NCBI GenBank assembly: GCA_963847185.1
Contig: CAWJYV010000008.1
Location: 288,001-352,000, forward strand
Length of the DNA: 64,000 nucleotides
Reading direction: 5' to 3'
Source: an uncultured Methanosarcinaceae archaeon
GTDB lineage: Archaea > Halobacteriota > Methanosarcinia > Methanosarcinales > Methanosarcinaceae
This document shows, piece after piece, positions 50,451 to 61,409 of the stretch; positions within the stretch are counted from its first letter, which is position 1, and every line of letters starts with the position of its first letter. A program made the translations under genes and the position numbers. Under the pieces are notes generated by a model. That model saw only the letters and a program-made list of their open reading frames with translations. It did not search any database and was not told where the DNA came from.

Positions 50451-51982
50451 ACTAATAATTCTTATAAATAATAGTCTTTGAACTTTTTAGAATATTTATC
50501 TAAGATAAATAATATATATTTATATAAAATTTTCATTTATTTCTACTATTCATAATTTGAATACGTCGTTGACTTCCATTATACAAGGATAAAGATAAAT
50601 TATCCTATTAATTAATCAATATTAAAGTTTAATATTAAATATCATACTTAGATTCTATTTTTTCTTTTATTATCTTTTTTTGTCCATATCAAATACTTTT
50701 TACAGGATATTTACTTATCTCGAGTTACTTCTTTGTCCAACAGATTTCTAAATTTTTTGCCAATATTTTGCGAATTTTGGTTTTTTCTTTACTATTTTCT
50801 TTCCAATTAAATATCTTAGAGTGATAATTTTAGATAGTGAATATATCGCTAAAATATCAGTTTACTTTCTATGGGTAGGTTATGAATAAATCCCTGTTTT
50901 GTTCTACCAAACTATTTTGATAAAATATATTGCCTTATGTCATGAAAAGTGTCTCTTATTTTTGATTCTCGGTACTCAGTAGTATTTTTATCCAAGTTAC
51001 TTTTCTTCTCTTTAATCTCTTTATCTTTTATTTTTGCTGTTGAAAAACCATATGTTTTTTGTCAGGAATACTTTCATAGGTGCCCTTTCTTCAGATGGAT
51101 TTTAAAAAAGAATCTTGCAGGGAGTTCAGTAACTCAAAAACTTTGACTTAAAAACAGTAAAAAAGGGAACTCTTCTCCTCTTTCTAAACACTTGGGTAAA
51201 AGCATAATACTTATTTTACAGATCGAAAGTAGTTGCCATTACAGATCTCTAATTTATTTTCTTTTTTCTTACAAAAAGGAATTTATTTGGTGGGGAATTT
51301 CTCCAAAAAGGCAGTGTAGCGAAAGTTCTGTAAAATCACAAATCTCAAGAAGTTCCTTGGACGAAAATACCGTTTCAGAAGAATCTAATTTCATATTGTG
51401 AGAAAAAATTGACTTCATATTTACAGCAAATTTGCGACACTGCTTTTGATATTTCAGGTCATATAATAGTGTGTTCTTAAATTTATTCATCCTATAAAAT
51501 ATAAGTCAATATATATCATTTTCCTAACACGAATGTGTCTACATTACTAACCAGCAAAAAAGAAAAAAATATAATCAGTAATCGAAAATTAATGAAAATT
51601 AATTCATAGACGTTTATTCATTAGATATTAAGAAAGATAACAGTTTAAGTTGGTTCTCTCATTTGATGAATTGTTACTAATATAATTCTTAAAAATTAAG
51701 CTTTATTTCGTTCTATTAATCTTTTTTAGCGTTATCATGATCCTTTTTTTTATATAATGTAATTTTTATGTGTTTTTTGATTAAATGAGCTTCAATTATG
51801 CATTTATCGAGTAAATAAACATCTAAATTCTTTAGTTTATACTCATATTTCGGATAACTCTTTAAAAAAATTTAGAGAGAATAGGTTAAAATGGATTTTC
51901 TTACAATAAGAAGAAGTAAAGAGAATTGAGATTATCCTTATAATTTTTTTCTCATTATATCTCAGTTACTTTGGGGGGGAAT

Positions 51983-52690
51983 ATGGATATAATCAACGAC
52001 AGTTTACCTGAGGGTGGATTTCCTATTGTCGAACTTTCCAACGTCAGGAAGAGTTATTTACTTGGAAATCTGGAAGTTCCGGTTCTCTCGGATATTAACC
52101 TTAAAATAGGTGTGGGAGAGTTTCTCGCTATTATGGGTCCATCGGGCTCAGGGAAAAGTACACTTATGAACCTTATAGGTTGCCTTGACCGACCTACTGA
52201 AGGTCAGGTGCTTATAAGAGGAAGCGATCTCCAGAGAATGTCAGACAAAGAACTTGCCCGCTTAAGGGGGCTTGAAATAGGTTTTGTTTTTCAGAATTTT
52301 AATCTGGTTCCGCGCCTGACGGCTCTTGAGAACGTCTTGCTCCCTACTTTTGCAAATTCGAGAATTAGTACTGATCCAGTAAAGCGTGCAAAAGAGCTCC
52401 TTGAAACTATGGGGCTGCAGGATCGTATGCACCATAGGCCAGGGGAACTTTCAGGAGGCCAGGCTCAAAGAGTCTCAATAGCAAGGGCGCTTATTAATGA
52501 CCCTGCTATTCTTCTTGCGGATGAACCGACCGGAAATCTTGACTCCAGGACCGGAGCTGAGATTCTTAGAATACTTATGAATCTGAATACCGAAGGAAGA
52601 ACGATAATAATAGTTACACACGACTCTGAAATTGCTAAGTATGCTGATCGAGTCGTTCTGGTGAAGGATGGAATAATCCAGTTTAATTAA
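51983..52690 (+). CDS. LolD/MacB-type ABC ATP-binding protein (module 1)
   Basis: GPSGSGKST, IGFVFQNFNL, LSGGQ, LADEPTGNLD. Confidence 0.93.
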   Translation: MDIINDSLPEGGFPIVELSNVRKSYLLGNLEVPVLSDINLKIGVGEFLAIMGPSGSGKSTLMNLIGCLDRPTEGQVLIRGSDLQRMSDKELARLRGLEIGFVFQNFNLVPRLTALENVLLPTFANSRISTDPVKRAKELLETMGLQDRMHHRPGELSGGQAQRVSIARALINDPAILLADEPTGNLDSRTGAEILRILMNLNTEGRTIIIVTHDSEIAKYADRVVLVKDGIIQFN

Positions 52691-52702
52691 AGGTGGGATC
52701 AT

Positions 52703-53950
52703 ATGGAAATAGTTAAAAAGAATGTTGTTGCTTTTTTTTCTTTACTTTTGGTTTTCTCTTCACTTGCAATTCCTGCTTCTGCAGATGTTGGAAGTGCAAG
52801 CCTTAAAATTACAATAATCGAAACAAATCCCTATCCTGCAAAGATAGGGGAATACTTAAACCTTACATTACAGGTGGAAAATGTTGGGCAGGATAAAGCT
52901 GGTAATGTTGACATAGAAGTTATTCCTAAGTATCCTTTCTCTCTTGATCCTGGGATGAATCCCATTCAAAACGTTGGGGCACTCAACCCAGGCAGGACTG
53001 CAACGAAAGAATTCTATCTTTTTGTGGACAAAAACGCTCAGAAAGGAATCCGCTCCCTTGACATCCGGGCAAGAGCCGATAAAGGCAGTCCATGGAGCGA
53101 GAAAAGCTTTGATATAAGGGTCGGTACTCAAACATATAATAGTAAAGGTACAGTTGAACTTGAGAATGTTGTTTCGAACCCAGATATTTTCATGCCTGGA
53201 GATCGGGGCACTGTTACAGTAACTCTCAAGAATACCGCAACCACTCCGACTGTCACCATTGATGAGAGTAGTTATGATACCAATGCCAGAATTCAGTCAG
53301 CCGTTTTAGAGCCATTATCTGATGAGATAATCGTACTTGATTCTCCATATGAAGAAATGGGTATTATAGGGCCTGGAGATAGTATCAAATTAACTTTCAA
53401 CGTTAGGGTTGCAGAGAATGCCATGGATGGGAATCACAACCTTGAATTAGCAATAGAGGGCAATTCTTTCGATTACAATAGCAAAAAGAATATTCCTCTT
53501 AAGGTCGACTCTTCAAATATAAAGGTGATCCCTTCAAAAGCACTTCAGCTTGTCAATGGACAATCTACAATCGAATTTGATGTGGCAAATACCCATCCTA
53601 ACGAGCTTAACTCAGTAAGCATAAAACCTGAAGCTGAGGGTGTGAAATTTTATCCTGCAGAATATTTCATAGGGCCAATGGATCCGGATGAGCTTTTTAC
53701 TGTCGAATTTGATGCTGTAAAAGATAATTCTTCGGGTTTCACGGAAGATTCAGGTAAAATAAACATGAGCCTTACTGCAAATTATAACAATGGAATTAAC
53801 AGGCACGCAAATGTCATCGGGAATCTTAATCTTGCAGACGATTCCGAATCCTCCGAATCAAATTCAACATCCGTAATAGCAGGTGGACTTGTTATTATTT
53901 CTGTTCCTGCGGCCTTTCTGTATTACAGAAGAAAAAAAGCAGCGAGATAA
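52703..53950 (+). CDS. COG1361-like extracellular protein with signal peptide and C-terminal membrane anchor (module 1)
   Basis: Signal peptide ending ASA, Ig-like VENVG / VTLKN segments, C-terminal TM followed by RRKK. Confidence 0.8.
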   Translation: MEIVKKNVVAFFSLLLVFSSLAIPASADVGSASLKITIIETNPYPAKIGEYLNLTLQVENVGQDKAGNVDIEVIPKYPFSLDPGMNPIQNVGALNPGRTATKEFYLFVDKNAQKGIRSLDIRARADKGSPWSEKSFDIRVGTQTYNSKGTVELENVVSNPDIFMPGDRGTVTVTLKNTATTPTVTIDESSYDTNARIQSAVLEPLSDEIIVLDSPYEEMGIIGPGDSIKLTFNVRVAENAMDGNHNLELAIEGNSFDYNSKKNIPLKVDSSNIKVIPSKALQLVNGQSTIEFDVANTHPNELNSVSIKPEAEGVKFYPAEYFIGPMDPDELFTVEFDAVKDNSSGFTEDSGKINMSLTANYNNGINRHANVIGNLNLADDSESSESNSTSVIAGGLVIISVPAAFLYYRRKKAAR

Positions 53951-53981
53951 ATTAACTGATATCATATTTGTGGGGTAAAAT

Positions 53982-55193
53982 ATGATCAGATTTGCGCAGG
54001 CAACTCGAATTGCTTTGGGGAGTATAGGAAGTGCTAAGCTTAGGTCATCACTTACTACACTTGGAATAGTGATTGGCATAGCTGCAGTAGTTGTTAATGC
54101 ATCTCTTGGTGCCAGTTTCAATCAGTTTTTTACTAATGAAATTTCTTCTGTTGGCTCAAACTTTATTATCACGTACAGCAATCAACCCAATATTTTCTTC
54201 GACAACGAGTACAATTTAATGAAAAGTACCCAGGGGATTACCGGTGTGTCTCCCAGAAAATCGATGACTGGAGAGCTAACCTATCTTTCGGAAACTAATA
54301 CCGTAAACATTGCAGGGGTTAATGAGGATTTTCAGGAAATTCAGGGCTTAAAGATGGAAAGAGGCAGTTTCCTGACAAATAAGGATATTAACTCTGCAGT
54401 TTTAGGGTACAACCTGGCAAATGATGAGTTTAGCAGGGATATATCTCACAGAAGCACCGTGGAAATTGCTTTTCGACAAGAAAACGGTACCGTTGTAACG
54501 AAGACATTTAAGGTAAAAGGGATTCTGCAAAATTCCAAGCCAACTGTTATTAGTGAAGATAGCGATTATGATTTGACCGTCTTTATCCCAATTTCTACTA
54601 TGAATGAAATGATAGGAGAAGAGGATTATGGAACTTTTCTTGCAATGACGGATAGTCCTGATAAAGTCCGTAATGTCGCAGAAAAAGTGGATGATAGATT
54701 AGCACGGAATTTTGGGATCTCAGAAAGGGTTGATGATGAAGATTCAAAACCTTATACTGTTTTTAATCAGGCAGATGTGCTTGAGGAAACTGGGAAATTG
54801 GGCGATTCATTAAGCTCTTTCCTTCTGGTCCTTGCCTCAATTTCACTTTTTGTTGGCTCCATAGGGATTATGAACATTATGCTTGTAACAGTTACGGAAC
54901 GTACAAGAGAAATTGGTATAATGAAATCTGTGGGATACAGCAACTCTAATATCCTCTCTCTTTTCCTGCTGGAGTCTATAATGGTCAGTTTCCTTGGAGG
55001 AGTTGTAGGTACAACTATTGGGGGTTTAGGGGCCTATATCCTTGAAAGTGCTCTTAAACTTCCTCCAGTATTTCCTTTTAAATTGATTGAAATAGGGGTG
55101 ATAGTTTCGATTCTTGTGGGGGTAACTGCTGGTTTGTATCCTGCAAAAAAGGCAGCTCATATGAATCCTGTAGATGCTTTAAGGTACGAGTGA
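53982..55193 (+). CDS. MacB/FtsX-type ABC permease (module 1)
   Basis: RSSLTTLGIVIG, GIMNIMLVTVTERTREIG, PVDALRYE. Confidence 0.93.
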   Translation: MIRFAQATRIALGSIGSAKLRSSLTTLGIVIGIAAVVVNASLGASFNQFFTNEISSVGSNFIITYSNQPNIFFDNEYNLMKSTQGITGVSPRKSMTGELTYLSETNTVNIAGVNEDFQEIQGLKMERGSFLTNKDINSAVLGYNLANDEFSRDISHRSTVEIAFRQENGTVVTKTFKVKGILQNSKPTVISEDSDYDLTVFIPISTMNEMIGEEDYGTFLAMTDSPDKVRNVAEKVDDRLARNFGISERVDDEDSKPYTVFNQADVLEETGKLGDSLSSFLLVLASISLFVGSIGIMNIMLVTVTERTREIGIMKSVGYSNSNILSLFLLESIMVSFLGGVVGTTIGGLGAYILESALKLPPVFPFKLIEIGVIVSILVGVTAGLYPAKKAAHMNPVDALRYE

Positions 55194-55330
55194 ATCTATT
55201 ATTTCAATAGATTTATTCTGCTGAAGGGTACACCCCTTATTTTTATTCTTTCTTTTTAGTCTATCTGGCTAAATTGGTATCAGTAAAATAACTTTAAGTA
55301 ATTTCTCAGTTATTGATTTTCATATTATTC

Positions 55331-55378
55331 TTATGTCTATAGATGAATATTTATTTATGTCTATAGATGAATATTTAT
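55331..55378. repeat. Two tandem 24-bp direct repeats
   Basis: TTATGTCTATAGATGAATATTTAT twice. Confidence 0.8.
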
Positions 55379-55684
55379 GATAGTTTGACAGAAAGTTAAT
55401 ATTTACATTTTTCAGCATGTTGAAAAATATCACTGACGATCTGATTGACAATTTGGCCACTTTTACTATTCCTCTGACTTTAGCCGAAAAGGGTTTTTAT
55501 GGAGCTTGTTAAAGAGACTGAAGTTAGAAGAAATCAAAACCTTGGAAGTATGGTGATCAGAACGCAACAAAGGAGGATTCAAAGACGGGAACTAAAAAAC
55601 ATAAGAATCAGACGTTCCATAATGTACGGATAATTCAGATACAGATAACTTAGTTCTAATATGAAAAACAATAGAGGGGTAGAC

Positions 55685-56572
55685 ATGGAAATTAAAATGG
55701 CCACTGACAAAGCATCTGCTCCCGGCAATTCTGCTCCCAAAACAGAAACCGATTCGATACCTGAGGGGAAAATGGCTCATAATGAAAGCCAATTTGTCTC
55801 AAACGAAGATTCAAGTGATGAGCCCTTTAAATATGAATTATACCGCACAAAAAATCTGCATAGAAGGATGGAGGGAAGGGATAAAACAAGAGCTTCGGTT
55901 ATTGAAGTTATCAATGTCAAAAAAAGTTATTTCCTTGGAGATACGGAAGTTCCGATTCTTCGAGATATTAACTTAGAAGTGTTTGAAGGGGAATTTCTTG
56001 CTATCATGGGTCCTTCTGGCTCTGGAAAGAGTACATTAATGAATCTCATTGGTTTTCTTGACAGGCCTACAGAAGGTAAAATTATGATTAAAGGCCTCGA
56101 TGTCAATAAGCTGTCTGATAAGGAAGTTGCTAGACTCAGGGGATTGGAAATAGGTTTCGTGTTCCAGATTTTCAACCTAATCCCACGGCTTACCGCTCTT
56201 GAAAATGTTGAGTTGCCTACTTATGCAAATGTGAGAAATGGGGTTGATGTTCGCAAAAGGGCAAAGGAGCTTCTAGAACAGGTTGGCCTGGATGACCGTA
56301 TGCATCATAAGCCAGGTGAGCTTTCAGGTGGACAATCTCAAAGGGTTGCAATCGCCCGAGCTCTAATTAATGATCCTGCAATTCTTCTTGCGGACGAACC
56401 CACAGGAAATCTTGACTCAAAAACAGGATGTGAAATCCTGAACATGTTCACAAAACTCAACGAAGATGGCAGAACCATTGTAATGATTACCCACGATCCA
56501 GAAATTGCAAAATATGCAGACAGAATAGTGCTCGTAAAAGATGGAATCATTCAGAATAATCCCAATAGTTAA
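55685..56572 (+). CDS. LolD/MacB-type ABC ATP-binding protein with polar N-terminal extension (module 2)
   Basis: Same motifs as 51983; SD GAGGGG before 55685 (alternative start 55661). Confidence 0.92.
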   Translation: MEIKMATDKASAPGNSAPKTETDSIPEGKMAHNESQFVSNEDSSDEPFKYELYRTKNLHRRMEGRDKTRASVIEVINVKKSYFLGDTEVPILRDINLEVFEGEFLAIMGPSGSGKSTLMNLIGFLDRPTEGKIMIKGLDVNKLSDKEVARLRGLEIGFVFQIFNLIPRLTALENVELPTYANVRNGVDVRKRAKELLEQVGLDDRMHHKPGELSGGQSQRVAIARALINDPAILLADEPTGNLDSKTGCEILNMFTKLNEDGRTIVMITHDPEIAKYADRIVLVKDGIIQNNPNS

Positions 56573-56608
56573 GTTTCAAAATTTTAAGCTAATCAGGGTG
56601 AACCCAGA

Positions 56609-57865
56609 ATGACAAAAATGAAAAACCGAATTATTCCTTTTGTGCTGTCTTTGCTTTTAGTTTCCTCCATTTTTGCAGTTCCTACTTCTGCAGCTGTTGG
56701 AAGTTCAAGCCTTAAAGTCACAATAGTCGAAACAAATCCCTATCCTGCAAAGATCGGAGAATACCTGAACCTTACGCTTCAGGTAGAAAATATTGGAGGG
56801 GACAGGGCTGACAATGTTGACATAGAAATCGTTCCTAAATATCCTTTCTCTCTTGACTCAGGGATAGACCCTGTCCAGAACATCGGAGCTCTCAATCCAG
56901 GCAGGACTGCAACAAAAGAATTCTACCTTTTCGTGGACAAAAACACTCAGAAAGGAATCCGCTCCCTTGATATCCGAACAAGAGCTGATAAAAGCAGTCC
57001 ATGGAGCGAAAAAAGCTTTGATATAAGGATTGGTACTGAAACGTTTGACAGCAAAGGTACAGCTGAACTTCAAGAAGTTGTTTCCAATCCCGATGTTTTC
57101 ATGCCCGGAGACCGGGGGACTGTTACAGTAACTCTCAAGAATACCGCAGCTAATCCGACTGTCACCATTGATGGGAGCGACTATGATACCAATGCCAGAA
57201 TTCAATCAGCTGTTTTAAAGCCTCTATCTGATGGGATAACTGTTCTAGATTCCCCTTATGAAGAGATGGGTCTACTGGGGCCTGGAGATAGTATCAAATT
57301 AACTTTCAACGTTAGAGTTGCAGATGATTCCATGGATGGAACTCACAATCTTGAACTTTTAATAGAGGGAAACTCTTTCGATTACAATAGCAAAAAGAAT
57401 ATTCCTCTCAAGGTCGATTCTTCAAATGTAAAGGTGATACCCTCAAAGACACTTCAACTTGTCAATGGGAAATCTACAATCGAATTTGATGTGGCAAATA
57501 CCCATCCTAACGAGCTTAGCTCAGTAAGCATAAAACCTGAAGCAGATGGAGTGAAATTTTATCCTGCAGAATATTTCATAGGGCCAATGGATCCGGATGA
57601 GCTTTTTACAATTGAATTTGATGCTGTGGCAGATAACTCCTCAGATGCAGATTTGGATTCCTCTAAGCCTATAAACCTGACGCTTTCTGCAAGTTACAGT
57701 AATGGAATCAATAAACATGAAAATACTGTAAGCAATATGTATATTCAAGATATTGAGGAAAATCAGGGAGGAAGTTCTGGTATAATTATTGCAGGCCTGC
57801 TAACTGCTGTCTTTGTTGCTGCAGGTATATTGATTTACAAAAAGAGAATTAAAAACAAAAAATAA
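56609..57865 (+). CDS. COG1361-like extracellular protein (module 2)
   Basis: Close paralog of 52703-53950 with long identical stretches. Confidence 0.8.
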   Translation: MTKMKNRIIPFVLSLLLVSSIFAVPTSAAVGSSSLKVTIVETNPYPAKIGEYLNLTLQVENIGGDRADNVDIEIVPKYPFSLDSGIDPVQNIGALNPGRTATKEFYLFVDKNTQKGIRSLDIRTRADKSSPWSEKSFDIRIGTETFDSKGTAELQEVVSNPDVFMPGDRGTVTVTLKNTAANPTVTIDGSDYDTNARIQSAVLKPLSDGITVLDSPYEEMGLLGPGDSIKLTFNVRVADDSMDGTHNLELLIEGNSFDYNSKKNIPLKVDSSNVKVIPSKTLQLVNGKSTIEFDVANTHPNELSSVSIKPEADGVKFYPAEYFIGPMDPDELFTIEFDAVADNSSDADLDSSKPINLTLSASYSNGINKHENTVSNMYIQDIEENQGGSSGIIIAGLLTAVFVAAGILIYKKRIKNKK

Positions 57866-58149
57866 ATAACTCAAAATATATTACTCAATGATTAAATTTG
57901 TTAAGAGCTTAGTGGATATGTATTTCGGGAATGTTTCTCCTGAAGTATCCCGATAATTTCAGATTGTGCCTTCCACTACGCTCATTTTTTACAGGGTTAT
58001 ACAGGTCATCACTATTGTGCTTTTAACATAGATTTCTCAATGAAAGGGCTGTCCTCCCCAGATTTAACTATTACTTTATATAGTTGATTTCTAATGAATG
58101 ACGCTTTAGTTTTTTACTCTTTATTTTCTTTCTGAGGAGGTCTTTCTTT

Positions 58150-59478
58150 TTAATTAATCGGAATATTAAAGGTAAACGTGCTGCCTTTTCCTATCTCGGA
58201 GTCCACCCAGATTTTTCCCCGGTGAAGATCCACAAAGTTTTTAGCAATATACAGTCCAAGTCCCGTGCCTCCGTATCCTCTTGCTGTGGAAGAATCTGCC
58301 TGGGTAAAAGGCATAAATATCTTTTCGTAATCTTTGTTTGATAGTCCTATCCCGTTATCCGACACTTTTATCTCAAGCCTTTCTTCCTTTTTAGAGGCAG
58401 TAACAGTAACCTTCCCTTTTTCAGGGGTAAATTTTATAGCATTGCTCATTAGATTATGCAGAATCTGCCTCAGTTTTGTTCTGTCAGCCCTGACATTTCC
58501 AAGAGAAGGATCAACTTTTAATTCTACAGTAATTTTCTTATTTGAAGCCGAAGAGAAAAGGCTCATTCTTACCTCTCCGATAAGGCTAGCAATATCTATC
58601 TCTTCATAATTTAGATTTTTTTCTCCAGTTTCGAGCCTTGAAATGTCGAGCAGATTGTCAATTATTTCCATAAGATTTTTCCCGCTAATGAGGATATTAT
58701 TGACATATTTTGATTGCCTGGTATTCAGAGGTCCGAAAGCTCCTTCTAGCAGTAAATCCGAAAAACCTATCACTGAATTGAGGGGAGTTCTGAGTTCATG
58801 GCTCATGTTCATTATGAAGTTATTTTTGGCTCTGTTTGCAGTTTCTGCGTCCTTTTTAGCTTTAAATAGGATATTTTCCAGTTCTTTCTGTCCTTCCAGC
58901 TGTCCAAATTGTTTCCAGCCTCCTTTTCCTTTGACAAAAACACTGTTTTCCTCCGTTAGATCAGACAACATTCTACCTGAGAGTTCTTCAAGAGGGAGGG
59001 TGCAGAGAAATGTGAGATTTTTATTGTTCTCAAAAGAAGTCGTTTCAATAACTTTTCTGCATGTTTCAAGATAGATATTAAGAGAAAGTCCTGATTTTCT
59101 GAGGTCAAAATTTGTTCTTAGTCCTGTAAATCCTCCAGAAAGGGTTTTTTCATATCCTTTACTTATAAGTTCTTTTACTGCTGAAGTAAGGAGGATAGTA
59201 TTCTCCGGGAGAGGTTCAGCTGACAGAATTTCCAACTGAGAAGAAACAGAACTGTGCCCTATGTCAAGTCCTATCTGTTTAAGCTCATCTTTCACTTTTT
59301 CAGTGATTAGCTCCTCAGGAGAAACCCATAAGCAATATTCCCCTTTTTCAATTCCTTGCTTAAAATAAATACTAAGTAATTCTGTCAACTCTTCTACATC
59401 ATTATATGCGGCAGAGATCTGGAAACTTTGCGACATTCTTGAAAAAAGCTCGGGGTCTTTGTCATTATTTTTTTTCAT
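58150..59478 (-). CDS. Sensor histidine kinase with MEDS-like N-terminal domain
   Basis: YFKQGIEKGEYCLWV; H-box MSHELRTPL, NAIKF, DNGIG, GTGLGL. Confidence 0.9.
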   Translation of the reverse strand: MKKNNDKDPELFSRMSQSFQISAAYNDVEELTELLSIYFKQGIEKGEYCLWVSPEELITEKVKDELKQIGLDIGHSSVSSQLEILSAEPLPENTILLTSAVKELISKGYEKTLSGGFTGLRTNFDLRKSGLSLNIYLETCRKVIETTSFENNKNLTFLCTLPLEELSGRMLSDLTEENSVFVKGKGGWKQFGQLEGQKELENILFKAKKDAETANRAKNNFIMNMSHELRTPLNSVIGFSDLLLEGAFGPLNTRQSKYVNNILISGKNLMEIIDNLLDISRLETGEKNLNYEEIDIASLIGEVRMSLFSSASNKKITVELKVDPSLGNVRADRTKLRQILHNLMSNAIKFTPEKGKVTVTASKKEERLEIKVSDNGIGLSNKDYEKIFMPFTQADSSTARGYGGTGLGLYIAKNFVDLHRGKIWVDSEIGKGSTFTFNIPIN

Positions 59479-59939
59479 ATTTCCCCCTCCATGTGTTTGC
59501 AATAATGCGTTTTCAATAGCTCACAACCGGGTTTCATACATAGGCTTGCACTTTTTCTATGATATATCACTAGCATATATAAGAAATATACCAATTTATA
59601 CTGTTTGTACAGTTCTTCAGGATTTTAACAAATTAGTCATACAAACTATCAAATGGTGAGTATCTAATAAAATTCTATTATTAGATCTGCTTAATCATTA
59701 TTTTTCTCTAAAGGTTTAGAAATCCATTAAAAGTGGCTATAATATCAGGCTATCACAAAAGTTCTATGATTATTTTTTACCGTTATTTATTATATCTTTG
59801 AGATTAATATTTATTGGGGTTTTTGGGAACTTTCTGTGTCTATCTTAGTTTTACGCAGTTTACGCGCTAAAGCCTGAAGTCCAATTTACACAGGAGCTCA
59901 AGCAGTTTTAGAGCATTCATATGTATAACAGATGATTTT

Positions 59940-61154
59940 ATGCTAAACTTAAGACAAGCTATCAGGATCTCTCTTGGAAGCATATGGAGCTCAAAGCTCC
60001 GTTCAGGTCTGACCACTCTTGGCATTATCATAGGAATTGCTGCAGTAGTTGCAAACCTCTCTTTAGGGGAAAGCTTTAACGTTTATTTTGAAGATGAGAT
60101 CAATGCCCAGGGATCCAATTTTATTATTATATATAGCCAGGAGCCAAATATTTTCTATACCAACGAACTGCAAATTATCGATAAAACTCCAGGTATTGCT
60201 GCAGTTTCTCCAGTAAAACAACAACGTGGGTCAGTAGGCTACTTTTCTCAAAACAAAAATCTTGATATTGCTGGAGTGACCGGAGATTATAAGGATACAG
60301 CCAATATAGTTATGAGATCCGGCAGCTTCATATCAGATCAGGATGCTTTTTCTGCAGCCATAGGGTCCAAGGTAGCTGGTGATAAATTCAAAAGGAACAT
60401 TTCCACCCGCAGTTCAATAGATATTACTTTCCGGCTTGAAGAAAACAGATCAGTTACTAAAAAATTCAAAGTCAAAGGAATAATTGAAAGTCCGAATATC
60501 TCTTTCGCAGGGGGGGGAATTGATCGGGACGTAAGCGTCTTCGTCCCTGTTTCAACTCTTAATCAGATGCTTGAAGAAAATGATTTCTCGGCATTCTTTG
60601 CCATGACTAATAGTGTCGAAGACGTGGAAACTGTCTCAGACAAGGTAAATAAAAGGCTTGCTCGGAACTTTGGGGTCTCTTCAAGGAATATCGATGACGA
60701 AGACACAAAACCCTTCCGGATTTTTAACCAGGCTGATATCCTTAAGCAAACTACCCAGCTTGCCGATACTCTCCGAAATTTCCTTGTTGCTGTTGCTCTG
60801 ATCTCCTTGCTGGTAGGATCTATAGGGATAATGAATATTATGCTTGTGACAGTTACTGAACGTACCCGGGAAATAGGAATCATGAAAGCCCTTGGTTTTT
60901 CCAGTATGGATATCCTCCTGCTCTTTCTGGCAGAATCAATTATCATCAGCCTTTTTGGCGGCCTCCTGGGGGTGGGGGTAGGAATAGGAGGAGCTTATGT
61001 AGCCACAACCATCCTGAAGCTTCCCTTTGTTTTTTCGCATTTCACCTTTGAGGTAGGACTCTTGGTTGCGATATTTGTGGGAGTTACAGCAGGAGTTTAT
61101 CCCGCAAGCAAGGCTGCAAAAATGGCTCCTGTGGATGCTTTGAGGTATGAGTAA
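59940..61154 (+). CDS. MacB/FtsX-type ABC permease (module 2)
   Basis: Paralog of 53982-55193. Confidence 0.93.
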   Translation: MLNLRQAIRISLGSIWSSKLRSGLTTLGIIIGIAAVVANLSLGESFNVYFEDEINAQGSNFIIIYSQEPNIFYTNELQIIDKTPGIAAVSPVKQQRGSVGYFSQNKNLDIAGVTGDYKDTANIVMRSGSFISDQDAFSAAIGSKVAGDKFKRNISTRSSIDITFRLEENRSVTKKFKVKGIIESPNISFAGGGIDRDVSVFVPVSTLNQMLEENDFSAFFAMTNSVEDVETVSDKVNKRLARNFGVSSRNIDDEDTKPFRIFNQADILKQTTQLADTLRNFLVAVALISLLVGSIGIMNIMLVTVTERTREIGIMKALGFSSMDILLLFLAESIIISLFGGLLGVGVGIGGAYVATTILKLPFVFSHFTFEVGLLVAIFVGVTAGVYPASKAAKMAPVDALRYE

Positions 61155-61409
61155 ACTTCTATCAATATCTGCTTATCATACCTTGGCCCTTTTTTGGTTC
61201 TATCTTTCCTTTTATCTTTTTTCTCTTTCATCCCTTTTTCTTTTTCAATAGCTTTTTTCTTTGACTATTATGGCTTCATTTCAAGTTCCTGCAGGGCATT
61301 TATATTCATGGGAATCATAGATTAGTCAACTCATTGTTACAAACTTGAACATCACTTAGTTTGTTCGAATTATCCAGTTTTTAGTGTGGGGTCAACAGGG
61401 GATTATTAT

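Noticed and set aside
44374-51490. Track ORFs 44374-44769, 47627-47824, 50949-51146, 51192-51401 and 51269-51490
   Set aside because: No clear SD or motifs; composition typical of chance ORFs in very AT-rich DNA
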